A stretch of DNA of 64,000 bases from IMG/VR virus record IMGVR_UViG_3300045988_184285, one strand, 5' to 3'. The DNA is from a virus. Below, one piece after another: positions 47,101 to 62,100 of the stretch. The stretch's first letter is position 1. Each line of letters begins with the position of its first letter. Position numbers and translations under genes: made by a program. Under the pieces are notes generated by a model. It saw only the letters and a list, made by a program, of their open reading frames with translations, was not told the origin of the DNA and did no database searches.

Positions 47101-50100
47101 TCAGCCGTCTTGGTGGGTTCGAGCGGCGGGTCAACGGGCGGTGTCGTGACGACAGCGGTGTTCAGGACCTCAGGCTCATCGCCTTCCACGATAACATAGG
47201 TGAAGCGGAGCTCCATGAATGTACCGGCAGGCAGTTTGTTGATGGTGTAAGTGCCATCACCGTTCACTACAACACCGACAGCCGGGATGTAGTTGAGTTT
47301 ACCGTGTCCATCGAAGAAGTCTTCGACCAGAATATTTTTCAGTTCGCCATCGCCAACATTAGACACCTTAACGGTGTAATGCAGCATATCGCCAACAGAA
47401 GCACTCTTCTTGTCTACGAATTTCTCGACTTTCAACTTGCCCTCGGGCGGGTTGACAGGAACAGGTACATCACTGCCGGGAACCTTGACGGTGACCTCGT
47501 TAGAAGGCTTCGTCTTTTCATTCTCAGGAGTCTGGTCTTCGTCAGCGAACCAGTAATGCAGCGTAGCCACATTCTTCAGCTCGTTGTAAGTATCCTGACC
47601 CTTACCGGCATCGGTGTTTAGCACAATGTAATCATACTCTACCGTGACAGTCTTGCCAGCCGGAATAGTGCCGACCTTGATGACTGCGGAACCGGCAGAT
47701 GCAGATTCCAGAGTGCCGTTCTTGACATTCGTGATAACGCCGTTGAAGTTGTTCTTGTCGTACAGCGCTGCATTCACATAGTCAACAGTGTCATTGTTGT
47801 GCATGACGACAGTGTAATGCACCGTATCGCCGATGTTTGCAATGGCCTTATCTGCCTGTTTCACAACGGTGGGTCCGACATGTTCCGGCGTGGGAGTTTC
47901 GGGGATGATAGGGATATCAACCTCATTGGAAGGAATCTTTACCTTGCCAGAATCCGTCACATATGTCATTTCGGCGTTATTGACAAGCATGGTATTAGGA
48001 GCATCTTCATTCATTACCGTGTAGGTGTAGACAATGTCTACGCTCTCACCAGCGCCGATAGAAGAAATATTCCAGACCTTGTCGCCAATATAGCTTACAA
48101 CATCAGTGTTTTCGGCAGGCGTGATAACACTCGTGAAGTTGTTTGTATCCTTGACCTCAACATTCGTCTTGGTCTCGTTAGTCGTATTGGTAACGGTAAT
48201 GGTGTAAGTCACCACCTCGCCAACCACTACGGTCTGTTTATCTGCCTTTTTCTCGATTTTGGGAACTTCCGGAATCTCGACAGCAGCATTGTTTACGGTG
48301 CCCTTGTCGCCTTCCTGTACGGTATAGGTGACAGGAATCTCAACGACCTCACCAGCCGCAATTTCTGCGATGGTGAAGGAATGAGTCGCTGCGTCATAGG
48401 TGTACTTGTCGGAACTTGCAGCATTGATTTCACCAATGCCATCATTGAAGTCGCGCACAACTACATTCTGAGCAGTCATTGTACCGTTGTTCGTAACGGT
48501 AATGGTGTAGTGAATGGTATCGCCAATCATCACACTGGATTCAAGAGAAGCCTTCACAACGCGAATATCGCGGTCAGGCACTTCGCCTACATGGACAGTC
48601 TCAGTATCGGGGTCGCTCGTAACAGTCTTGTTGTCGGGGTTCTTGCCCTCAGCAACAGCTGTATTCACGATGTTACCGTTATCGAGGTTCATGTCCTCTG
48701 CCACAGCAGTATAGACATAAGTGATTTCAACGGAATCGCCTGCGTTCAGCTCAGGAATCATCCACTTGCCGTTTCCGTCATACATCAAATCGCCAGTGTA
48801 CTCGACAGTGCCGTTGCCGTTGGATGTATCGGTAACGATAACATTCGTCAGCTTGGTATTGCCACTGTTCTTAACGGTCAGAGTATAGGTTACGGTCGTG
48901 TCATTGCCGTTCATATCAACGAAACTCTTGTCAGCGTTCTTTACGATGGTCAGTTCATCACGGAGCACATCAACCTCAACAGGTTTAGAAGGTTCTTCGA
49001 TGTCCTTGTCACCCGGAATCTCAGTATTGGGATTCTTGGGAGCGTGAGCAGTAGCTACGTTGATAATCGTTTCGGGGTCACCGTTCTGCACAATATACAG
49101 GTAATTCAGAGTAACGGAATCACCGACATTCAGAGCAGGAATGGTGAACAATCTGGTTTCGGGGTTATAGGTATATCCGTCGCCGGTAGAGACGATAAAC
49201 ATACCCAGAGCATTGGTGTTATCGGAGACGGTAACATTCGTCATATCGACAGTGCCGTCGTTCGTGACAGTGACCTGATACTTGACGACTTCGCCGGGAT
49301 AAGCGTGGTCGCGGTCTGCAGACTTGACAATCGTCAGGTGCTTGTAGTACAGCGGCACGATTACTTCGTTGGAATCGACAGGTTTCTCAGGAATAGTCGG
49401 GTCTTTGCGAGCAGGAATCGTTGCGGTAGCAATGTTATCCAGCTTGCCGTTTGTGAGGTCATCTGCGACAACCGTGTACTTATAGGTGATGGTTACGGAC
49501 TTACCAATGCCAAGGCTGGTGATTGTCCATGTTCCATCATCGTTGACACGATAGCCGAAGTGGAGCTTCGTGTTCTCGACAGGCTCGCCCATGAAGTTGT
49601 TCGTATCCTTTACGACAACATTTTCAAGCTTCGTGTTGCCCGTATTGGTGACTTTCAGCGTGTAAGTGACGACATCACCTACGCCAGCCTCAGTCTTATC
49701 AGCACTCTTTTCGATGGTCAGATTCTGACGGATGATTTCCACATCAACATCAGGAGTCTCAACCAACCATTCCTTGTTAGGCTCGGTATAGTTCGGAGTG
49801 GTGCTGCCATCAGGGTTCTCAGTATAGCTCTCGACTACCTTCATATCGGTAATCTTGGCGTTGTTTTCGAGGATATCGTTGTTGTTGGTGCCGTGGTCGG
49901 TCGGGTCTACCGTGTAGGTATAGGTGAACGTTACGGCATTGGTATGGGTTTCATCGCGCAGATGGGAAATCTCTGCGATAACGAACTCGCCCTTCTCTGC
50001 ATCATAGGTCACACCGTTTGCCTGAGACAGGACAGGAACACCAACGAAGTTGTTGGTATCTTTAACGATGACGTTGTGCAGGTCATGACTGGTCGCGTTC

Positions 50101-53100
50101 GTAACGGTAATCGTGTAGCGAATCACATCGTAATCCGTAGCGCGTTCACGGTCAGCAGATTTCTCGATAGAGACAATTTCCTTATCGCGAACGGTCAGAG
50201 TACCATCCACATACTTGATGATGTAGTTGGCATTGCTGCCGCTGCCATCTTCGGTGTTGATGATAACTGCATCGCTGGGAACGTTCTTGCTGGAACCCAC
50301 TTCGGTCTGAGAACCGGTTACGGTCACGGAATCCATCTTATCGTGAATGCCAAGCAGGTCGTTATCTACGAGTTCCGGAGCGTAGGTATAGCCGGGTTCC
50401 GTCAACGGAGTGCCGTCATATACCTTTTCTGCGGAGTTTGCAGTAATGGTTACCTCACGCGGGTCAATGAAGAAATGTCCGGGAGTTACTGTGCCAATCT
50501 CAATATTATCTACCTCGGTATAGGTAGGAACAATGGAATAGCCGGGGTTCTCAGTACGAACATTCTCACCCGGAACACGAGCCGCATCCAGATTCAGGGC
50601 ACGGTCGATATAATCGCGCAGGTCCTTATCCGGAGTGTAAGGCTCATCTTTCTCGTTCGTGAGCGTATAGGAAACATTGAACTTGTCGGGGTCGTTATCG
50701 CCGTAGGTCTTGCGGTCGTCCTCCGCCTTGATGTTAATAATCAAGGGTTTGACGGTCAACTTACCATCGATGTAAACGAAATCGTAGTTCGGGTTATGGA
50801 AAGTAGAATCCTTGGCAGATACAGGATATTCACCAACAGGGCTCCACTTCTCTGCGTCCGTCTTGGTCTTGAGCGCATCCTTGCCACCGATATCATCGAT
50901 GGTATCACCGCGCTTATAGCCGGTAATGGTTACGTTGGGTTTCGGGTTATCTTCGCCGAAATACTTTTCGTCATCAATAACCGTAACAACGATAGTTGCA
51001 GGAACGATGGTCAGAGTACCGGGAGTGGTAATGATTTCATAGTTGCCGGACGGGTCAGTACCATCAATGGTGATGGGATACTTGCCTACCTGCTCACCGT
51101 CATCAGTATCAGCACCGGGACGCTTCGTGGTGATATCGAAGAAGTCCTTGTCGCCTGGATTGACCAGTTCTTCGGGGTCAGTAATCGTCCAAGTCAGCGG
51201 GTCGGGGTCTTTCTCTCCGTAAACCTTCTGCTGGTCATCTGCCTTCACATGGATAGGTTTCTTACCAATCGTCAGGTCACCGCCAACATAGATAAACTTG
51301 TAATTGCTGTTGTCAGCAACCAACTGCTGTCTATCGTAGTTGATGGGATAATTACCAACTTTCGTCTTATTCGTTACGGGATTGCCAGCGTTATCGTTGC
51401 AGTACATTGTGGCAGTACCGGAAACCTTGGATTCGTCATCCTTGATACCGGTGCCGGTTTCATCCTTAACGTCACGACCGACAAAGCCAGTGATGGAGTA
51501 AGTGAATTCGGGAATCTCATCGCCGTAGGTGGTCTTGTATCCGCCATCGACCGTAACAGTAAGTGTTGCGGGGACGATTTTCAGAGAACCATCGTATACG
51601 GTGACGGTATAGTTCTTGTTGTTTGTATCGTACTTTGCGGAAATGAGGTAATCGCCATCATAGAGGGTGGTTCCCCACTTATTGAGAGAATCGGCTGCGG
51701 TAACATCGCCGCGCACAACATTCTCACCCTTGGTGCGGTACAACTCAACGTTCAGTGGGCTGTTTTCGGGGTCAATCAGGCCAATCACATTGCCAGCATT
51801 GTCTTCGTAATGGAAGGTAAATGCCGGGTCAGCGGTGCCGTAGGTCTTGACCTTATGGTCAATGCGAACAATCAGTTCCTTCGGGTTAACAGTGATATCG
51901 CCATTGACATAGCGGATAACATAGTTCTTCTCGAAGTTTGTGTTGCTCTTGACTTCGAAAGTGGAGCCGATATGCTCTTCACCGTCTTCCAGAACAACGC
52001 AATCCGGGTTCACCGCATCCTCATTGTTGTTGCCAGCAGTTACAATGTACTTGCCAGCGTCAGACAGGTCGAAGCACAGAGTAGCGAAGCCAAGTTCACC
52101 GTTCAGAACGGTTTCCTTCGTGTCATCACGCTTGAAGCCGGTAATATCGGCATCAAATGCGGGATTCTCTTCGCCATAGGTCTTGGAATAGCCACCCTTT
52201 ACGGTAACAACCAGCTCAGCCGGAGTAATCGTAAAGTTGCCATTCTCCATGGTAATAACGTAGTTGGTGATACCATCCTTGCTGACAGGGCTGATATCGT
52301 TGGCGTTGATGGCGTAAGCCTTGCCGAACGAATGCTCGCCAGTCCAGACATCTTCACCGGGTTCACGAGTCACGCCAGTACCTTCGAGGTCGCCGGGCTG
52401 GACAGGCACATCCGCGCCTTCCTTCTCGGTGAGAACGGGACCGTTTGCGTACTCGATGTAGTAGTTGCCATCTTCGCCACGGACACCGTCATGGAGCGTG
52501 TACTTCAATTCGGGGTCAGCATCGCCGTAAACCTTGGTGTTATCCGCAGCAATAACGGAAACGGGGCGAGGAATGATAGTCAGGTTGCCAGCTGTAATCG
52601 TGATGTCGTCATCATCATAGATGGTGCTGTGGACACCGGACAGGCTGATGCAATTCTTGTAGGTTCCGCTGGAACTGGTCTGCGTATCCAGATGCGTGAA
52701 GGTGAAGGTGGAGGTATTGAGTCCTGCCTCTTCTGCCGTGATTTCAACAGCTTCGCCGTTTTCTACCTTGAACACATGATATGTGTAATCGGAAGAACCA
52801 TCGTAGAAGCGGTTGACACGGTCGCCGTAATAGCGAACCTTATCATCCACGGTAATCATCAGACCCTGACGCTTGACAATGAGGTCGTTTGCGTAACGAT
52901 ATTCAAAGTCATAGTTCGGGTTATCCAGCTCAAGCTGTTTCTGGTCATTTGCTGCGAGGTTTCCAATCTGACGGTCCTGCGGCGTGGAGTAGACGGGATA
53001 AGAACCGACTTCTTCACCCTCTGCACGAACCAGATTGAAGACGATGGGAACCTTATCGGGGTTCACAACAACGCTTGCATCCGTGATGCGGCTGCCTGCG

Positions 53101-56100
53101 CCGAGCTTCTGCTGACCATTTACGGAATTATGGGTAATCATATCGGTCAGGGTGAAGTCCTGAACCTTATCAGCATCGCCCAGTTCCTTCTGCCAGCCAG
53201 TGACTTCCAGCAGCATCGGACGAGGTTTGATAGTCAGAACACCGGGCGTGTAGTTCGCAATCGTATAGTTATAACCGCCATCTGCGTTTTCACGAGGTAC
53301 GAGAATCGTATGCTCTTCGCAGTAACTCTTATCGCCATACAAGTAATTGGAACCGACATCGGTGTACTTGTTGTAAGTCAGGTTGATGTAATCGCTCAGA
53401 ACATTCTTTGCGGTTTCAAGAACCTTCGCGGTTGCGCCATCGTTATTCTTCAAAGCAACATCAGCAGTATCGCCGTGCTTCAAGCCAACAACGGTCAGCG
53501 TGTAGTCGTTTTTGTTATCTTCGCCGTAGTAACGCTCCTGATTACCAAATACGATTGTCAGCGGGACAGGCGTAATGGTCATCTTAGCGTCGTTCGTTTC
53601 GACGATATAGTTGCTTGCTGTGCTCTTTTCGTAAGAAATACGGATGGTATATCCTTCGTCACGGACATTCTCGCCGCTGTCACGAACTGCCTTGATGCCG
53701 AACATTTCGCTGGTAGGCTTAATGATTTCGCCATCGACAGTCCACTTCAATGCGGGTTCCGTGCCGCCGTATGCTTTCGTTGCATCCAGAGCCGCAATGC
53801 GAATCAGACGAGGATGTACTTTCAGAACATTGGACTCATAAACGAGTTCGTAGTTGGAAACTACCTGTCCTTCACTGTTCGTGACGGTCTTGATGCCAAG
53901 AGTATTGCCGTAACCGGTGTTTTCGTTCACGGATACAGGATATCCATTTACGGGAACATGGGTATGCGGGTGGTCGCCGTCATGATAATGCTCATGACCC
54001 TTGTGCATTTCGTTGTATTTCTCCAAGCAGTAAGCACATTCTTCTTCGGGAACATCCGTCTGATAGATTACATCACTGCTCTGTGTAGCGGTTGTCAGAT
54101 AAGGCAGATTAGAAGTGCCGTTCTTGAATGCCAGAGCGGTGCGAGAAGCACCGTTTACGACTTCAACCACATTACCGATGGTATCATTACCAATCAGATG
54201 CATGTTGTTGTAATCAACGGTAGCGTCATCGCCCAGAACGGTCCAGTTGTTCTCGTCCGAAACATCCAGTTCATTGCCTTGGTCATCTGTGCCAAGAACC
54301 TTGAATGTGGAGTTGAAGAACGGGTTCGTTGTACCGTAAATCTTCTGGCTTTCGTCAACGGAAATCATAATCTTGCGGGGCTTGACCTCGATAGAACCGG
54401 GGTCTTCCGTGACAACATAGTTTTTCAATACATCATAGTTGAACTCGTTCAGACCAATGTAAGATACAGGGTAAGAACCAGCATCCGTCGTCTCGCTCGG
54501 TACTACATTGTATACGAATTTACTCTGATAATTGTTTGTCTTTTTCGCTTTCAGGTCGAGTTTTTCGTCGTCCGAAGAAGCGGTCTTATGGTCTTCGACC
54601 AGACCTTCCATGGTCAGCCAGCTATCAGAACCCTTATTCCAGTAGTAGACATCGTCTGCATACGGAAGTTTGATATTCTTGAAGCCATGTCCATAAGTGG
54701 TGCTTACGCTCTTGACCTGCGCACGCAGCGTCGTACGGTAAATACCACCGCTGAAAGTCTTGTCTGCGATATAGTAGTCGTTGTAGTTATTGTTCACAAG
54801 GTACATTTCATTGTTCTGTTCAATGTCACGCACCAGTGCGTTCGTATCATCGATATCCTGTACAGTGTACTCGAATACGATGTTTACTGTGCCGCCAACT
54901 GGAATTGTGTCAATGTAGAACTCTGTGCCCTGCTGATTCATACGAATGCCATTTGTGGATTTCAGGGTGATGGGACCATTACCTGCAAATCTGCTCTTCA
55001 GACGCAGGTTCTGGATGGCAACAGGAGCAACATAGTTGTTTTGTGCGGCCAGACCATATCCGGTATCCTTGTTCGTAACTGCAATCGTAACAGTCATCTT
55101 CTGACCAACCTGCGGGGTGGTCGTGCTGTAGCTGTACTTTACAGAATACGGCAGATGGCGAATCGTATTCATCGAAAGACCATTGTAACGGTCTTCCTTG
55201 ATGACACCATTGTCGCCGTTTGCATCATACCCGGTCAGCTGTTCGCCAGCATTGCTGTCAGCATAAGAACCAACATAGGTCTGAGCATTCAGTTCAACGG
55301 AATCATAGTTGGTGATATTATCAATATAGATATTTCCCTGTCCTTCTTCACCGATATTGGCGTTGTAGTAGGAATCATATACCTTGATGTTGTTCGGATT
55401 CACTACCGTGTTCTGGTAGTTATCCTGTTCGGTCTTGGTATAGCGGGTAATATCGATGTTTTCCTGTTTACCAGCAAGAATCATTTCATATGCCTGCTCG
55501 ATAGTCACATTCTGATTATCGTAGACAGTCGTATCTGTCAGATACTTGCCGTTTCCGATATCATTGGAGTTACCATCGTAGTTCCACTTGTATTTGTTCA
55601 CATCATGATACTGACTGTGAACATACAGAGGACGAGGATTGATGGTACCAGTGAAATCTTCACTTGCAATATAATAGTTGTCGAACGGGTTGTTAATCAG
55701 TTCAAGAATCGTAACGGTCTTGATACTGTGCAGACCCGTGTGGATGGACTCTCTGAAACTCGTCTTTGCGAAGTCCTCAGGAGCATAGTTTTCGCAATAA
55801 TAGCCGTAAGCCAGTGTACTGTTCAGCGCGACAGTATCGCCGTGAACAATACCGGAATCAGCAGTTGCTGCTTTGATTTTAATATCAGATACCTTTGCGG
55901 TGCTGATATTGTCGTAAATCTTATTGTTGTCATAGCTGTAAAGATGCAGCGGGCGCGGATAAATATCGAAGTATACGACATTACCGTTGCCGGATACATA
56001 TTCATCAGGTGTAGTGCTTTCTCCACGGACTACATAAGTCTTGCCGGGCTTCGTGTTCTCCCAGCAGAAAGTAACTTCGTACTTGCCCGTGTAGGTTGCC

Positions 56101-59100
56101 GTAGCAGTGTAGGAGCCGGTACGAACGAGAGGCTTCTTCTTGCTATCGGTAGTAGCGTTTGTAGGATATGTGATGTTGGGAGATTCGTTGTTCGAATAGG
56201 TGATGTTTACGCCACGCAGGATTTCCTGTTCATCGATACCTGCATCGGTATCGCCGTCCCATACAACGTGTGCGGCAACAGTCAACTGGTTGCCGTCGTA
56301 CATCTTGTTAGCAACAGTCAGCATGACCTTGGCACGAGTAGGAGTGCATTCGTTTGCATCCTCGAAGCCAATATCCATTGCGTTCTTACCAACGCGACGA
56401 TACAGACGTTTGTTCAGGTCAACGACCTTGATTTTTGCACGACCAGCCTGACCAATACCGGAACCGGCACCGTCATTCAGCTGGTCTGCACCAGTGACGT
56501 TTGCTTTAATGATGATGTTGCCGTTGTCAAGGTTTTCACCAACAGAAGCGGCATAAGAAGAACCACGCAATGCACCATCGGTAGAAGCAGACTGCCAACC
56601 AGAACCGCCGCCGTTTTCGTGCAGTGTGTTGTTGTAGCCTTCCTCGTCTTCTCGCTGCATTTTGATATCACTGCTGTGGGTGCCACTGTAAGTCCAGCCA
56701 CAGATATCGCCATGATGGTATTCGTAGCCGTCGCTGAAGACCTTGTCTTCCTTTAATGCACAGTGATAACGCTGACCACTGTTGTTTGAACCAGAACCGC
56801 CGACACCGCGCGTGGTGTATCCGTTGCCGGAAATTATTGCAGCACCGGAACCACCGCCAGCAACGCCGAACATCGACGAACCGTCACCGTAGTTCTTCAG
56901 CTGTCCGTCACCGATAAGGCCAAAAGCAACCGTGGTAGCGCCACCACCACCGCCAAAGCCTATGGGAGAATTGCTGTGGTAGCTGTGGTCAGGGTCGCCT
57001 CCCCCTTTATAGCAGTCATAGAACACTGCGCCGACACCACCGGAACCACCGCCGTTATAGCCACCGGAACCACCGGAACCACTGCCGGTAGAACCGCCAC
57101 CGGAACCACCACCGGAACCGCCACCGCCTGCACCGCCAGCGACAAAGTAGAGGGTCGTGCCTTCCTTAATGTCTGCTGTGATAATGGTGTGGCTGCCGGA
57201 GTTGCCGCTGATACCATCTGTCATACTTGCATTGCCGCCGCCAGCACCCCACAGGTCAATCTGATAGGTTGCATCGAACGGAGCGGTCCAAGAAGAAGTG
57301 GGATTGTTTCCGTCATTGGCTTTGAACGACTTGTCGGCCGCACGAACATTCTTTTCATCGATGTAGAAGAAAACCTGTTCGTTGGTGCCGTCAAACTCTT
57401 CCATGTCGTAGCAATGATACTGGATAGCATTGCGCCAGAACCATTGCCAGATTTCCTTCGGGTAAGAATAATCGGACCATAATGCATAGCCGTGGTCCAG
57501 ATAAGGTGCATAGTCCTCGTTGTTCTTGTCCAGATATCCGCGTTCATCGAGAGAAATGCCAAGTTCAGCCATCGTTTTGCCCTGAACATCAATCTGAGAA
57601 GGATTGCCGTTCATGTCATAGCGAGTAACGGTTGTCATTTGTCCCTGATACGGGGTATTGAGGTTAACACTCAGATGGTCGCTCTGGCTGAACACGGTAC
57701 GAGAAGTGTCTCTGTGCTTGCCGTACGGGAACTCATTCACAATCTGATAGCGGGACATAATGTACCGAAGTCCATTAGGCGCTTCAATTGTCAGTTCGGG
57801 ATACATGAAAATAGAGTGTTTATCAACGCCACAACTAACAAGATTGCGCTCGTTTGCATGGATACTGATATTGTAATCCAGCCACAACTCTGCACCAGTG
57901 TCGGTGTTATCTTCATCGATACCGCCATTCACATAGTCAAAGTTATGAGCAAGGGTATTTGTGATGGTCTGACTCTTCAGTTTCGTGCTGTTGTAGCCAC
58001 GAATGTATTCCAGATATGGTTTGCACTGGAAATAGAAGTGCTCAGTACCAAAATCCATCGGGTTCGTTGCGGATTCGATATGCAGGCTTGTGGTAATACT
58101 CCACTTCGCATATGCGCTGTTGATGTCGAACGGCTGACCGTTCAGCATCGTATCCTCAACAGGTCTGATATCATCAATGGTGATGTAGGCAGTAAACTTA
58201 CCGAACGGAGAACCGGAGTGCTCGGTTTCGATTGCGTCAACAACCTGCTTCATTACAGAACTGTCATCTGTATTGATGTCGTATCTGGTTTTGACGATAT
58301 TTGCCCAGTCTTTGTAGTTTTCGGTGGTCAATCCGTTTCCGCCATTTGCATACCCGTTGATATTGATGGGGGCAATGACAGGCTTATAGTCGGTGGATTC
58401 CGAATTCAAGTCGTCTTGGAATCCCCACTGCAATACAGGGGTAAGAATACGGTTTCCAGATTCCGTCAATTTACCGGGGGAGAATGTGATAGTCGTTGTA
58501 TAAACGGCCACGTTCTTATCGGAAATCAACGGGTTATTAGAACCACCTCTGCTGGCATTCCAGTTATCTACTTGGTCCTGTGTAGTCTCAACAGACCAGT
58601 AATTCTGACCAAAATCGCCAGTCGCATCGCCCTCGCTGTTATGCTCCTGCATCATCAATGCACGGGCTTCCAGCATAGTTGCGGAAACGAAAGGTGCATC
58701 GACCTGCAACAGGCCATAACGGGAAGTATCGAACCCTGCATTGTCAGCATCGCCGATTGCGCTGTAGGAGTTCTCGACCTTGGTTCTCTTTTCGTTAAAG
58801 CGATAGCTTGCAACGATACGGAAATAATATCCGGACCAGTTGTAATCTGCCGCGTGCAGAGTAAGGGTGATAGTAGTGTGTTTCTGAGCACACTGCTGGT
58901 CAGTGAAACCATCAGGACGCCAGAAATCGGCAGGCAGCCATTTGTTGTCATGAATCATACTTGCGGTCTCTTTCCCCTTTGCGAGGGTATCGACCGTATG
59001 TGCTTCGATGTCAACCTTGTTTACCTGACTATTATCTACGGTATTCAGTGTATAAGTACCGCCGAATGTGACGGATGTAGCAAGAGTCTGCCAATCGTCA

Positions 59101-62100
59101 TCATGGGGGTCTTTGTACTGAACATCGTAGCTGTAGCCCTTGTCATCAAGGCCCTTCCAGTAATCTGTTTCAAACACGAAGGTTGCTTCGTCCTGAGTCA
59201 TAACACGCTGATTCGGTGCCTGCGTCATGGACATGGGGCGCTCTTCGATTTGAATGATACCGGAAGCTTCCGGAGTGATTACGCCGGGGTCGATGGTGGA
59301 ATAAGTTTTGCCCTCAACCTCGTAGTCTGTACGAAGCTGAATAGCGTTTCCTGTATATGCCAGCATTTGCAGCTGTACATCCACGGAACTGTGCGGGTAA
59401 TTATATACACCATCATTACCGTCATGGAATACCGGCGTTTTGATGATACCTGTTACGGCACCGTCTTCGGTAGTGAACTGACCGTAATGACCAATCTTGA
59501 CCCAGTCGCTCAGAGCATTATTGGTATTACGCAGGTCAACCACGCGGTAATACCATGTTACGGATTCATTGCTGATGGGCTGATTGTAGATGATACCGGA
59601 ACCTTCGAGAACCTTGGTGGTCTCGCCTTCCCAGTAACGGTAGTTCTCAATAGGTGTTGCTTCGATTGTCAGCAGTTCCAGAGGAACCGTTTCACAGTCG
59701 TTCCAGAAATGAGGAGGAACCTTTGCAACGATAGGACCGTATTTAGTGACTTCGTTGCCAGCCTTGTCATATACGCGGGCACGAAGAATCGTTTTGCCGC
59801 CTACATAGATACAAGGCAGGTTAGAAATACAATACTGGTCTACGTTGTTGACTACGCAGCTGAAGTCGTCGCCTTCCTGCAGCAGCGCAGTATTGTCCTC
59901 ATACCGGATATGGACGGTGTATCCCTCGTGAACCTGACCATCGTTGAACAACTTTGCGTCGCTCAGCTTGCCGTAGATACGAGCGATACCGGTGGTACGA
60001 ACGGACGGAGAGCTGTTACCGCTGTCCTTAAAGACAGTGTCCCAGCCTTTCAGTCTATCAGTACCAAGGTTCCAGTCGTTGCCGTCTCCGGTACGGTATG
60101 CACCCAAATCACCGGTGGTGTTATCGAACAGAGCACCGTTTTTGGGGACTTTTACATCGAAGTATTTGCTGTTCCAGTGACCTGTGAAGTTCTTGATAGG
60201 CTTCCAAGTCGTGGAATCAAAGCCCAGCTTCGTCAGGTCGAGGTCTTCCATCAGTTCGTAGCAATCGCTCAGAGGATACCAGTAGCTGCCGCCATTGGCG
60301 AGAGCTGTCAGAATCTTCTTGGCGTTTGCTGCATTGACACGATGGACGAAGTGCGTCATCTGCTGGTCGGCTTGGTCAGCGGCACAGACTTCACACTGCT
60401 TGCGCTGAGAAATCCACATCAGGGTGTTGACGCAAAGTTGCATTTCTTGAGGAGAAGCGCGGTTAATATGACCACCGCCATCATCCAAAGGAAGGTGACC
60501 AATCTGGTTCATAACAAAGTTGCCGGAACCAGCCAGATAGAAGTTATTGGTGCCGCTGCGTCCATCGACGGTGGGCTCATACAGCTTACCAAGGCCAGCA
60601 TTTGTGAAATCAGATGCGCAGCCGTTGTACTGAACCCAGATATCGTCGAATGCGACCTGACCATTACTGTGTGTCAGAGCAGCAGGGACTGTCTGCCCTA
60701 CACTGAACTTATAAGGCCAGTTAGTCGGTGTACGGTGCTTGATGTCGGGGTTGACCATTGCCTCTTCGTATGTGAAACCACCATTAGAACGGATACGAAG
60801 ACTTTCAGAACCGTAGATTGTTGTCTTTAAGAACGGCCCATGCGAACCACCGGAAGACATAATAGCGGAAGGTACAGTCAGCGGGTCAACAATCCAGCCG
60901 AAATACGCTTCATCGCTTGCAGAGTAGTAGCCGGAACCAACGAGTGTGTTGGAATTGTTTTCACCCATCAGAGCGTTCATATTCCAGTGACCACCGCTGA
61001 CTTCCCAGCTATTTACCTGATAATAACGAGTAGCAGTATCGTTCGGGTCAATCTTTCTTTCGTCATAAATGTTGTTGGGGTAGCCACGGCCACCGCCATG
61101 TGCATCGAACCAGGCACCGGCATAGGCGTACATGGTATCGTGACCAATACCAAAGCCGTAACCATTGCCAATATAGTTCTTCAAGGCATAATAGGCTTTG
61201 CCAGACAAGTCAGGTTCCGAAAAATAGCATGTTCCCCAGTATACAGAATCGACTCGATAATTTCCTTCTGCATCCTTTAAATATCTGTCAGGGTCGACGT
61301 TAAAATCGTTGCACGAAACTGTATTCAAAGTGATGTGAGCCATACCATTCTGAGAATAACCATTTGTCATGGCTTGATTTACATATTCTTTAATGGTAAG
61401 GGGAAATGTCCTTCCATCTTCCTCCTTGGTATAGCAGAACAGAACCTGAACAGCATCCTTGTAGGAAGTGCCGCGACCAGATGCGGGAATAGAAACCGCT
61501 GCACCAGTAGCAGTGTTACCTACGATATTGCTATTGTGATAACGGAAGTAAACTGTTTTGCCGTACCATTCGGAGTTGATTTCGAGTTTGTTGCCGTCCG
61601 TGAGCGCAAACGATTTATATTTTCTTGTTCCTCCGGTTGGTTTCCCTTCCGAATCAAGTTCGTTTGCATTGGCATTGCCATTAAAATTGCCGCCAATATA
61701 CGACCACATGCGGTCGGCTTGCTGTCCTGTGATTTCGCCGTTTGCAAGCCAACCGCTTTTGCCGTCTTGTCCATAAATCTTGGCATACATATCAGCTGTC
61801 AGGTATTCCATGCCAGCAGACAGACCGGTCACCCACTGAGGATTTGTCTGGCTGTCAAGTTGGACGCCTGCTGCATAGGTAGCAATGCCAGAAAGGGCAA
61901 GACGCTGTTTCAACTTGTCCTCTACAGACAAGTCATTGTACATTTCGTCTTCACTCTTTTCCATCGACGGGATAGAAACAGTGATTTCTGTTGTGATGGT
62001 ATTGTCGAGTGTATCATCGGTGAGCTTGTTTTCATCTGCGCCGTTTGCAATCAGTTCTTCCTTGGCGGCAGCAATATAATTGTCGTCATCGATAGTGATT

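Noticed and set aside
41133-60830. Four very long plus-strand ORFs (41133..44096, 44250..47621, 47799..56756, 57492..60830)
   Set aside because: These are antisense frames of the 7323-aa gene. Repetitive, codon-biased sequence removes stop codons on the opposite strand. Their translations are Ile/Val/Arg/Gly low-complexity with no domains.
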